Below, one piece after another: positions 39,963 to 49,005 of a stretch of DNA of 64,000 nucleotides. The stretch comes from Spirochaetaceae bacterium (lineage in GTDB: Bacteria > Spirochaetota > Spirochaetia > DSM-2461). The notes under the pieces are model-generated. The model made no database searches, was not told where the DNA came from, and saw only the letters and a list, made by a program, of their open reading frames with translations. Position 1 is the first letter of the stretch. Every line of letters starts with the position of its first letter. A program made the position numbers and the translations under genes. Location: positions 537,968-601,967 of the forward strand of contig JAOPTT010000002.1 of NCBI GenBank assembly GCA_051531975.1, written 5' to 3'.

Positions 39963-40598
39963 TCAAATTTTTGCTAAAGAGACTATTTGCCTCACTATCT
40001 CTGCAGGAACTTCCGGGAAAGACATTTTAATTAACCAGTTTGGAACGTTAACAACTGGAGAAATCAGAGCTGAAACTATAATCTCAACTAGTCCATCTTC
40101 CAATTCTTTGAACTCAAAACTTGTTTTATACCTTGTTAACCTTACTTCCTGACTAGTTTCATAATCATAGGAGATAGAACTTAATTTAATTATAGCTCTA
40201 CCTTCGCTAATATTCTCATCTATTTCCATTTTTAATACACAGTCTGTACTTGGAAAAGGCCATTCAGCATCGGAAGAATAATATACTACCCACTCTGTAT
40301 TAGAAACAATATCTAAAACTTTACTTTCATCTTCCTGCATTAACAATTTATGATTATTAACATCTTTTATAACACTAATACAATCTTCGAAGTCTACTTC
40401 TACTGTAGTCGTTATTACATATTCTATTAGTTGAATAACTTCTCCTTCACTGTTTTTCTCTTTACTAACTGAACTTTTTACAATAATTCCATCTTTTTTG
40501 GTTTTTTGGAGTTTCCAATTACCAGTTTCTCCTATTAAATTTCCATTTATTACAACAAAAACTATAAGAAGAAACACAATACGTATTTTACATTTCAT
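39963..40598 (-). CDS. Exported START/SRPBCC-like lipid-binding protein
   Basis: Signal peptide; WKL.K.K.DGI.V, WPF...DCV, VPNWLI. Confidence 0.6.
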   Translation of the reverse strand: MKCKIRIVFLLIVFVVINGNLIGETGNWKLQKTKKDGIIVKSSVSKEKNSEGEVIQLIEYVITTTVEVDFEDCISVIKDVNNHKLLMQEDESKVLDIVSNTEWVVYYSSDAEWPFPSTDCVLKMEIDENISEGRAIIKLSSISYDYETSQEVRLTRYKTSFEFKELEDGLVEIIVSALISPVVNVPNWLIKMSFPEVPAEIVRQIVSLAKI

Positions 40599-40815
40599 TC
40601 CTTTCTACTCCTTCCTCATTAATTTTTAAAGAAATTAAAGTTATTCCTAAATCACGAATCTTAGTAAGAATCCCAAAAAGCGCCGCCTGATCAACCATGG
40701 GGGTTCTAAGTAACGAGATCCCTGATCTCTTTAACTCAATTTTTTGAACTATGTCATTAGCTATTCCCTGGGATAAATGACCTTTAATCGTGATTTCATA
40801 TACCTTTTCTTCCAC
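40588..40815 (-). CDS. Small conserved protein associated with MalT-like regulators (copy 1)
   Basis: YEITIKGHL...DQAALFGIL.KIRDLG..LISL; paralog at 48682-48900; AAGGAG RBS. Confidence 0.75.
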   Translation of the reverse strand: MEEKVYEITIKGHLSQGIANDIVQKIELKRSGISLLRTPMVDQAALFGILTKIRDLGITLISLKINEEGVERNEM

Positions 40816-40890
40816 GTTATCTCCTTATCTAGCAATTGGTATTGCTGATGAAAGTTAAGTAGAGTTTGGAATATTGAAGATTAATCTCAT

Positions 40891-40909
40891 AGGTACTAAA
40901 GTACTGTTT
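40891..40909. promoter_or_regulatory. Candidate operator of MalT-like regulator 1
   Basis: AG-GTACT-AA-AGTAC-TGTTT; counterpart in the paralogous intergenic region at 48954. Confidence 0.55.
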
Positions 40910-40931
40910 TACATTTTTTATATAATTAACT

Positions 40932-43499
40932 TTAAATTAGTTTTAATTTTTTAGCCTTCGCAACCGCTTCTGTTCTTCTTTTAACTTGTAATTTGTCAAA
41001 GATCCGAGAGTTATGGCCTTTTATAGTACTAAGTGCTACACAGATTTGTTCACATATATCTTTGTTTGATAATCCTTCTGCTATTAATTTAAGTACTTCA
41101 ATTTCTCTTTCAGATAACTCATCTATAATAGTAATAGCTGATTCATCTTTTTCACCTAATATTTTCTTAATATATTCAGAATAGCGACCCTTACGTTGTA
41201 CTTCTAATAACATATCATTAAGTCTATTCTCTTGTAAAAAAACAGTTATATAAGATGATGGTTCACCTAGTAAAAGAGCTTTTTCTAAAAATGTAATTGC
41301 ATTAGTTTTATCATCCGTTAAATTTGAAATAATCGATAATAGAATGTAAGATTCCAGTTGCTCAAATTTCAAATCTTTTAGTAAATATATCTTAAGTAGT
41401 TCTTCTAAGGTCTGCTTAGATTCCTTATATTTTCCATAGGCCATCATAACTTTGACAGAGGATAAAGATTTCTCACTAGGAGCTAGCGAGTTCTTTGCTT
41501 CTTCAATTCTACCTTCTTTGATAAGTCCTGTAATTAATCCATTTGTAGCTTTAGCAGATAAAATATTAAAACCATTACTTTTAACCTGTTGCCTAATTGT
41601 TCTAAATTTTGAAATTGTTTCTTCATATAACCCATCTGCTTGTAAAATAAATAGATTTGTCATTTTACAAGTAATAATACTGTCTAATCTTCCAAGTATT
41701 AGAGCAAGTCCAGTACTTTTTTGGGCATATAATTTTGCTTTTGAAAAACTATTTTGATGATAATAAATTCTAGACAATCCGCTATAAACTTCACATGCCA
41801 TAGGTGGTGAAGTACCATTTAGCAGTGATATAATTCTCTTATATGTTCTCTTAGCTTCAACTAAATCACATTCAGCTTCCTGAAAAATTCCCAAGGACGT
41901 AGAAGCTAAAACATTAACTACGATATTACCTGTATCAGTACAGTTTTTTATAGTTCTTTCCATGTATAGTTGAGCAGTTTTTAAATCTCCAAGAAATTGA
42001 TGTGCTATACCCATAAACCAATTTACAGAACCTTTTGATGATAAGTTATCTTCACTGATTAATTCTAAAGCCTCTACAGCATATTTTATGATATTAGGGA
42101 CATCATGGTGACTTAGGGCTAAATACGCTCGAAGTGAGGCGATCTGCCCCCTTAGATCTTTATAAGTAACATCCTTAGGGTTGATATACTTTTCAGCAGT
42201 GCTCAGCTTTTCTTCTATACCATCGATCTTCCCACTTAGTGCTAATGCTGAAGCATAATGAACCAACAAGGCTGGCCTATTCTTAAAATCATCATTTGAT
42301 AATCTAGAAAACCAGGTTATAACTTGGGAAAGTCCTCCCCTATGGATTAAGTTAATACCACGGCTCTTTAATAACCTAAAAGAAAGATCTATATCCCCAG
42401 CTTTTGTAGCATGAATAAAAGCTTCAAGTTGTCGATCATGATCTTCATACCATCTGCTTGCCACTAAATGAAGTGATGCTGTGTTTTTAGTTTGCCGAGA
42501 TTTAATCAGATCAGCAAAAAGATGATGATACCGAAACCATTTTCTCTCTTCATCTAAGGGTATAATAAATAGATTTATCTGCTGTAGATACTCTAAGGTT
42601 TTTTGTCCTGATCCTTGTACACTATCTAGTAGGGCATCGCAAATAGAACCACAAAATCGATCTAATATGGAGGTTTTTAAAAGGAACTCCTGAATAGAAG
42701 GGTCTTGTTTAGTAAGAACTTCCTCAAGAAGATAATCCATAATATAAAAGTGATTCCCAGTGAAATGTTCAACAAAATGGTTTAAGTCTTTTTGAGTTTT
42801 CATAGTAATAGCTGTTAACTGTAGACCAGCTATCCAACCTTCTGTACGTATATCTAGAGCATCGATACTACTATCTGATAGCATCAGATTCATTTTTATC
42901 TTCAGAAACTCCGATGTTTCTTCTTTATTAAAACGTAGGTCATTTACCCGAATTTCAGTCAGTTCATCCCTTGCCCGTAAACGTGATAAAGGAAGATCTG
43001 GGTCCTCACGGGTTATTATTACTAGTTTCATGTTAGGAGGTAGATGTCCTAAAAAGAAATTGATTCCCTCAATTAACTCTTTTGACCGTATCAGGTGAAA
43101 ATCATCCAGAATTAACATTATATCTTCTTCTGATGCTGTAATTTCATTAATTAAGTTTGTAAATATAACATTTATATTAAAATCTCCAGGAGAGTGAATC
43201 ATTGTAAGAATGTTCTCCCCAATTGCACTGTTAACAGTTTGAAGAGTTGCAATCATGTAGGTTAAAAATTGTTTTGGATCATTATCAGACAGATCTAATG
43301 AGTACCAGCAGTAAAATCCTTTTATTTTTTGTAGCCACTCTGTAATAAGAGTTGTTTTACCAAATCCAGCAGAAGCAGACACTAAAATTAAATTATGTTG
43401 ATTGTTTTGTTCTAAAACATCCAATAATCGATGTCGTTTTATTAAATTAGATCCCGCCTTGGGAGAGTTCAGCTTTGTTTTTATTATTAAATCAGTCAT
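40932..43499 (-). CDS. MalT-like STAND ATPase / LuxR transcriptional regulator (copy 1)
   Basis: TKL..P, ASAGFGKTT, LDDFH, TEGWIAGLQL, WFRYHHLFAD, TPR region, LSEREIEVL LuxR HTH. Confidence 0.92.
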   Translation of the reverse strand: MTDLIIKTKLNSPKAGSNLIKRHRLLDVLEQNNQHNLILVSASAGFGKTTLITEWLQKIKGFYCWYSLDLSDNDPKQFLTYMIATLQTVNSAIGENILTMIHSPGDFNINVIFTNLINEITASEEDIMLILDDFHLIRSKELIEGINFFLGHLPPNMKLVIITREDPDLPLSRLRARDELTEIRVNDLRFNKEETSEFLKIKMNLMLSDSSIDALDIRTEGWIAGLQLTAITMKTQKDLNHFVEHFTGNHFYIMDYLLEEVLTKQDPSIQEFLLKTSILDRFCGSICDALLDSVQGSGQKTLEYLQQINLFIIPLDEERKWFRYHHLFADLIKSRQTKNTASLHLVASRWYEDHDRQLEAFIHATKAGDIDLSFRLLKSRGINLIHRGGLSQVITWFSRLSNDDFKNRPALLVHYASALALSGKIDGIEEKLSTAEKYINPKDVTYKDLRGQIASLRAYLALSHHDVPNIIKYAVEALELISEDNLSSKGSVNWFMGIAHQFLGDLKTAQLYMERTIKNCTDTGNIVVNVLASTSLGIFQEAECDLVEAKRTYKRIISLLNGTSPPMACEVYSGLSRIYYHQNSFSKAKLYAQKSTGLALILGRLDSIITCKMTNLFILQADGLYEETISKFRTIRQQVKSNGFNILSAKATNGLITGLIKEGRIEEAKNSLAPSEKSLSSVKVMMAYGKYKESKQTLEELLKIYLLKDLKFEQLESYILLSIISNLTDDKTNAITFLEKALLLGEPSSYITVFLQENRLNDMLLEVQRKGRYSEYIKKILGEKDESAITIIDELSEREIEVLKLIAEGLSNKDICEQICVALSTIKGHNSRIFDKLQVKRRTEAVAKAKKLKLI

Positions 43500-43669
43500 C
43501 TATGGATATTATAACATGATTTTATATTTTGATGTTTAAGCTTTATAAAATATTATTATCTATAAGTAAATATAACAAAACCTTATTTTTGACACAATTT
43601 GAACACACTTTAGAAATATTTTTCTATTAGATTAGAAATAGATTACTTCTAAAGGAGCTTGATATCTAT

Positions 43670-44176
43670 ATGAAATACATTGCAGTGATTATATTTGGTG
43701 TTTTAAAGTTATTTTATATTAATGCAAATAACAGAACGTTGTTGTTTATGTTAACACCAATTAATAAAATAGTTTGTTTAGTGACAAATACACAGGCCAC
43801 AGTAGGTACAGAAGGTTACTTAAACAACAGTCTGAATATTATAATTAACAAATCCTGCTCAGGTTTTAATTTTTTCCTAGTAATTTTTGTAATGACCTTT
43901 GTTATGTCTTTTAAATATATTAATAGTACATTTCAGAAAACAGTTATAATTCCATGTCTTCTTATGACATCGTATTTAGTCACAATATTTGTTAACTCTT
44001 CAAGAATACTAATATCCCTGAAAACAAGTTATTTATTAACGAATCAAAATATAACACTACCCTGGCTTCATTATGTCGAAGGAATATTTATCTATCTATT
44101 TTTTCTAATTTTAATCTACACAATACTTGATAAAAGTATTACAAAAAGGATGTATCAAAATGAACAATTTAACTAA
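43670..44176 (+). CDS. xrtK: Exosortase K
   Basis: Multi-TM; catalytic Cys (KSCSGFNF), Arg (NSSRI), His (WLHY); adjacent MSEP-CTERM substrate. Confidence 0.85.
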   Translation: MKYIAVIIFGVLKLFYINANNRTLLFMLTPINKIVCLVTNTQATVGTEGYLNNSLNIIINKSCSGFNFFLVIFVMTFVMSFKYINSTFQKTVIIPCLLMTSYLVTIFVNSSRILISLKTSYLLTNQNITLPWLHYVEGIFIYLFFLILIYTILDKSITKRMYQNEQFN

Positions 44177-46958
44177 ACCATACTGGATTTTTTTAATAAA
44201 TACCCTGCCCTTAATTATTCTCTTTATTATATTAAGAAGAGACTATGTTATTATTAAATCACTATTAACCCCTGATAATATAACCCTATGGAAAAGTTTT
44301 ACAACTGCATTAATTATCTATGGAATTTCTAATCTGGTATATGGGGTAATTCTTAAAATAAAAAATAGAGAGATAGATGTTATTTACACTTGTGTAACAC
44401 TGGTTATTTCTATATCAATAATCTACTTCTATATATATAACTTAGATGAAATAATTCCATTTAACATACCTCAGTGGATGGTCCCAGGTGAAAGGTTGGT
44501 TTATGTAGGTACATTTTTAATGCCTACAATACTATTTTTAATATTTATATTAGTATTTAAATTAACATCCGTTAATAAAAAGTTTAATGCATTTATATCC
44601 TTTGGAATTTCAGTTCTAATACCAGTATGTTGGTACATTATCTTAACTTTAGGGCTTCCTTCTATGTTATCACTACCCTCAAGATATAAGGATCATATTA
44701 ATGTTGTTCTCCTAATTACAGGGATAGTCCTATTTATATTCTTTCTATTTAGGGGTTGTTATATCCTTATACAAAGAAGATCTGAAAGACTTAGAAGAAG
44801 AGAAATATTCTGGAGAATCCCCTTAGCACTACTGTTACCAATTGGAGGCTTATTATTACATCTAAAATTTCCTATTTTTGGTAATTTCAACTCTAGATGG
44901 TTCTTTATTATTGGGTGTATTAATGGAATATTACTCTGCTTACCTAATTTAAATAATAAAACTTACAGACTATATCTATTTATTGGTCGGAGTATAACCT
45001 ATATGTTTAGTATTTATTTCTTAATTGTCTTTATCCCCTATTTACCAGTATCCGTAGTGGCTATTTTGGCATATGGGTCAGGATTATTAATGTTATGTCC
45101 TATAACACTATTTATGATTCATACCCAAACTTTGACCCATGATTGGAACTACTTAAAATCATATTTTAATAAAAAAATATTAGGTGTAATTATTTTATCA
45201 TCTGTTTTAATTATACCCTTTGGCTTATCAATCTCAATTTTAAGGGATAAAGGGACATTAAATAGTACCTTAAACTATCTTTATAGTCCTGATTATTCTA
45301 AGGAGTATAAAATCAATAGGAAATCTTTAAAAAATACCCTAGAAAACATAACATCATTACAAAAGAGTCGAATAGATTTTTTAGAGTTTAACGATAACTA
45401 CATACCATATTTATCTGGAATATATAACAAAATGGTATTTAATGGTTTAACAATATCAAAGAGTAAAATTAACGAAATAGAACAGATTTTTTTTGATAAA
45501 GATAAAAATTATAATACCCCAAACAGATTTGAAAATGAAAGTATTGAAATTACAGAGTTAGATGTAGAAAGCAGATACGATGTTGATCAGGATGTTTGGA
45601 TAAGTACTCTAAATATAAAACTAACCAATACTACCGATTTCTTTGGACAAGAGTATGTAACGACCCTAGATTTACCAAATGGTTGTTGGATTAGCGATTA
45701 TTATCTTTATGTTAATGGGATAAAAGAACATGGACTATTAGCAGAGAAAAAGTCAGCTATGTGGATTTATAATCAGATTAGGTACAGAGAGAGAAGAGAT
45801 CCAGGAATACTATATTATTTATCAGGAAACAAGGTAGAGTTTAAAGTCTTTCCATTTGCTGGTAATGAGGTAAGAGAAACAGGTATAGAGTTTATACACA
45901 AGGAGCCTTTCTCTTTAAAAATTGATTATAGAGAAATAATGTTAGGAGACTATAAAGATCAGATAAAGAGCAATCATGTTGGAAACAGTAATAATGATGT
46001 AATTTATATTTCTGAATCTGAGAAAAAGGAATTAGATATACTAGAGCGTAAACCATATTATCATTTTATTGTGGATACCTCACAAAACCAGGATATTAAT
46101 AAAAATAGTAATATTCAAATGATTAACTCCTTACTTAAAAGACAACATATCAAAAATATTGGAAGTAAAATATCTTTTACTAATAGCACAGTTATTACTT
46201 ACGATTTAAATAACAATCTAGAGGAACTATATGACAAACAAACATTTCATGGGGGATTTTATACTGACAGAGCAATAAAAAAAGCTCTATATGATAGTTA
46301 TGTAAATCTTTCTAAAACATATCCTATTATTATTATAGTTACTGATAATATCTATAATGGTGTATTAGTAAATAATTTCTCTGATCTTAAAATAACTTAT
46401 CCAGATAGTTCTTTATTTTATCTGCTAAAAGAAGATGGAGAGTTGGAAACTCACAACCTAGAATCTAATCCTTTAAAGGTAGTTCAAGAACAGCCTAAGT
46501 TTAATAATACAGTTTATGCCTACCCTAATAGATTAAATCCTGTGGTTTACCTTCCTAAACAAAATGGTGGTGAAGTTATATTGTTAAATAAAGAATTTAA
46601 ACTTAATAGAAAGCTAATTAAAGACAAAAACTGGGAAAGTGGACTTCTGCAACAAGGATTATGGATACAACATAAACTTTACCCGGATAAAGATGGTAAA
46701 AGATGGCAGCAGCAGATTAGATCAAGTTTTGAATCAAAAATAATGAGTCCAGTTACTTCATACCTAGTAGTTGAAAACGATGCACAAAGAGCTATGTTAA
46801 AAAGAAAACAGGAGCGTGTATTAAATGGTAAAGAATCTTTTGATATACAAGAAGAACCGGTACAGATGTCAGAACCAGGGTTTGTGATATTGGCATTAAT
46901 ATTACTTACAACATTATATCTAAAAAAAAGGAAAAACGAATTCGGAGTTAAAATTTAA
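44160..46958 (+). CDS. MSEP-CTERM sorting-domain protein (multi-TM N-terminus, VIT-like domain)
   Basis: C-terminal MSEP + TM + KKRK; ~11 N-terminal TMs; LPNGCWISDYYLYV...RDPG; start ATG 44160 with AAGGA RBS. Confidence 0.88.
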   Translation: MNNLTKPYWIFLINTLPLIILFIILRRDYVIIKSLLTPDNITLWKSFTTALIIYGISNLVYGVILKIKNREIDVIYTCVTLVISISIIYFYIYNLDEIIPFNIPQWMVPGERLVYVGTFLMPTILFLIFILVFKLTSVNKKFNAFISFGISVLIPVCWYIILTLGLPSMLSLPSRYKDHINVVLLITGIVLFIFFLFRGCYILIQRRSERLRRREIFWRIPLALLLPIGGLLLHLKFPIFGNFNSRWFFIIGCINGILLCLPNLNNKTYRLYLFIGRSITYMFSIYFLIVFIPYLPVSVVAILAYGSGLLMLCPITLFMIHTQTLTHDWNYLKSYFNKKILGVIILSSVLIIPFGLSISILRDKGTLNSTLNYLYSPDYSKEYKINRKSLKNTLENITSLQKSRIDFLEFNDNYIPYLSGIYNKMVFNGLTISKSKINEIEQIFFDKDKNYNTPNRFENESIEITELDVESRYDVDQDVWISTLNIKLTNTTDFFGQEYVTTLDLPNGCWISDYYLYVNGIKEHGLLAEKKSAMWIYNQIRYRERRDPGILYYLSGNKVEFKVFPFAGNEVRETGIEFIHKEPFSLKIDYREIMLGDYKDQIKSNHVGNSNNDVIYISESEKKELDILERKPYYHFIVDTSQNQDINKNSNIQMINSLLKRQHIKNIGSKISFTNSTVITYDLNNNLEELYDKQTFHGGFYTDRAIKKALYDSYVNLSKTYPIIIIVTDNIYNGVLVNNFSDLKITYPDSSLFYLLKEDGELETHNLESNPLKVVQEQPKFNNTVYAYPNRLNPVVYLPKQNGGEVILLNKEFKLNRKLIKDKNWESGLLQQGLWIQHKLYPDKDGKRWQQQIRSSFESKIMSPVTSYLVVENDAQRAMLKRKQERVLNGKESFDIQEEPVQMSEPGFVILALILLTTLYLKKRKNEFGVKI

Positions 46959-46959
46959 A

Positions 46960-46994
46960 AATAATGGAAGTGCATGTTTTTCACTTCCATTATT
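46960..46994. terminator. Bidirectional intrinsic terminator
   Basis: AATAATGGAAGTG...CACTTCCATTATT perfect 13-bp stem between convergent genes. Confidence 0.75.
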
Positions 46995-47004
46995 CCTACA
47001 ATCT

Positions 47005-47718
47005 TTATTTACTGTTGTTTTTAATTTCCTGTTTTTTCCATAAATCTACATTTACACCTTTAATTGTTAACCATAATGCAAATGATAATTCTGCTGGGAT
47101 TGTAGATAAAACTATCATGGTATATATCGCGTCAAATTGTGGTAAAATGATATATCCAACACTATCAACAAAATATCCAAATGCAGCAAATAGGAATAAA
47201 AAACCTAAAACTTTTGGAAAAAATGTAGATTTTATTATCAACATACCAATTATTAGCAAGTGAAGACTAAAGAAAATACCCCAAATAAGGCTGGTTGTAG
47301 AGTAGGCATTTAGAAATAGAAGAACAAGAGCATTTATCTGATCTGGGTTAAAAACAGAGAGATAAGCCTGTCCACTTAACAACTCTAATACAATCAGTTT
47401 ATTTATAATATTCATTCCAATCATTGTAGTCATCGCCAATCTTGCAAAAGCTGCAATAGCTGACTTAGTTTTATTAACCGGTTTAAATATATTAAAGATC
47501 AGAACTGTTATTACTATTTCAAGCAGGAAGACAAATGAATCTGCTACTGCTCCCAAACGGAACATAGATTCAGAATCCAAAATACTCTTGGCTGTAGCAT
47601 TAGCATCTCCTGGAACTATTAGACTCTCAAATCCTCCAAAAAATCCAAATCCCCCACATACTGCTATTAGTAGATATATAACTCCTGCAATCTTAGCAGT
47701 TTTATTTATCGATTTCAT
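47005..47718 (-). CDS. DUF4386-like membrane protein
   Basis: AKIAGVIYL, LIVPGDA.ATA..I, FKPVNK, E.SFALWL.IKGV. Confidence 0.75.
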   Translation of the reverse strand: MKSINKTAKIAGVIYLLIAVCGGFGFFGGFESLIVPGDANATAKSILDSESMFRLGAVADSFVFLLEIVITVLIFNIFKPVNKTKSAIAAFARLAMTTMIGMNIINKLIVLELLSGQAYLSVFNPDQINALVLLFLNAYSTTSLIWGIFFSLHLLIIGMLIIKSTFFPKVLGFLFLFAAFGYFVDSVGYIILPQFDAIYTMIVLSTIPAELSFALWLTIKGVNVDLWKKQEIKNNSK

Positions 47719-48685
47719 CTTTGTTCTCCTCTCTTATTGTTATTACTAAATTACCTTTTTTATGTCCCTGTTCAACATATCTATGAGCTTCTGGAATATC
47801 GGCTAAAACATATGTTCTATCGATAACACATTTTATCTGTCCTGATTCTATTAACCCTTTAAAGAAAACAAGATCCTCTGCAGTTTCCTTCATTACACCG
47901 GAAACTACACTTTTACTACTTGTTATTGTTGACCATATTCCTCTAAACGTTTGTGATACACTTGCTGCTGCTAAAACTAATGAACCTCGTTTATTTAAGG
48001 ATTTTATACTCCATCCATAGGAACTTTTACCAACTGTATCAAAAATAAGATCGTACTTCTCTGTTCTATCTGTTATGTCCTCTTTTGTATAATCAATAAC
48101 ATCATCAGCTCCAAGGGATCTAACTAAATCTATATTTGATGTACTACAAACCCCAGTTACATTGGCTCCAAAGTATTTTGCAAGTTGTATTGCGGCTGTT
48201 CCTAATGCTCCAGAGGCTCCATATATAAGGACATTTTGCCCCTGTTTAATATTACCTTTTCTTAGGTAATGCAACGCTGTATTTCCTCCAAATGGAATAG
48301 ATACTGCTTCTTCATAAGTCATATTTGTGGGTTTAATAGATACCACGGCATCTTCGGGTATACTTAAATACTCTGCATAAGCACCAAAAGCCATACCTGT
48401 TGTTCCGTATACTTTATCGCCTTGTTTGAATTTTGTTACATCTTTTCCAACAGATTCTATCTCACCTGCAAAAACAAAGCCGAGAATACTGTTTTTTGGT
48501 TTTGTGAGTCCAAAAAACAGTCTAATTACAAATGGATCCGCTTTTCTTAGATGCCAGTCCCCTGATGATACAGATGTTGCATAATTTTTAATTAATATCT
48601 CTTTATCATTTGGAATGGGCTTTTCTACTTCTTCTAATTTTAAAACATCAGGTGAGCCATACTCTTTAAATATAATTGCTTTCAC
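47702..48685 (-). CDS. NAD(P)-dependent alcohol dehydrogenase / quinone-reductase-like MDR (zinc-free)
   Basis: YGSPDVL, GAYAEY, IYGASGALGTAAIQLAK, VIDRTY, GHKKGN. Confidence 0.9.
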   Translation of the reverse strand: MKAIIFKEYGSPDVLKLEEVEKPIPNDKEILIKNYATSVSSGDWHLRKADPFVIRLFFGLTKPKNSILGFVFAGEIESVGKDVTKFKQGDKVYGTTGMAFGAYAEYLSIPEDAVVSIKPTNMTYEEAVSIPFGGNTALHYLRKGNIKQGQNVLIYGASGALGTAAIQLAKYFGANVTGVCSTSNIDLVRSLGADDVIDYTKEDITDRTEKYDLIFDTVGKSSYGWSIKSLNKRGSLVLAAASVSQTFRGIWSTITSSKSVVSGVMKETAEDLVFFKGLIESGQIKCVIDRTYVLADIPEAHRYVEQGHKKGNLVITIREENKDEIDK

Positions 48686-48900
48686 TTTTTTACTCCTTGG
48701 TTTACTGAAATTAATGGTATTCCTAAATCCCGGACTCTTTTTAGCAGTCCATGTAAAGCTGCCTGGTCTTGGACCATTCCGGTAATTAAAGTATCTCCAT
48801 TATCTTCAAGGGAAATAGTCATGCTTCCAAACCAGTCTGACCATTTTATATCTAGGTGTCCCTCGACTCTGATCTGATAATTTTTTGCACTGTTTAACAT
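48682..48900 (-). CDS. Small conserved protein associated with MalT-like regulators (copy 2)
   Basis: YQIRVEGHL...WSDWF...DQAALHGLL.RVRDLG.PLISV. Confidence 0.8.
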   Translation of the reverse strand: MLNSAKNYQIRVEGHLDIKWSDWFGSMTISLEDNGDTLITGMVQDQAALHGLLKRVRDLGIPLISVNQGVKK

Positions 48901-48953
48901 CTCAATTTCTCCCTGTATACTAAAAATATACTCTAGGATGAGTTGCCTAACAA

Positions 48954-48983
48954 AGACACTAAAGTGTTGTTTGGAGTGTTGTT
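48954..48983. promoter_or_regulatory. Candidate operator of MalT-like regulator 2
   Basis: AG-ACACT-AA-AGTGT-TGTTT, plus a direct repeat of AGTGTTGTT (48963-48971 and 48975-48983). Confidence 0.55.
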
Positions 48984-49005
48984 CTGAATTTAAGACTCAG
49001 GATAT

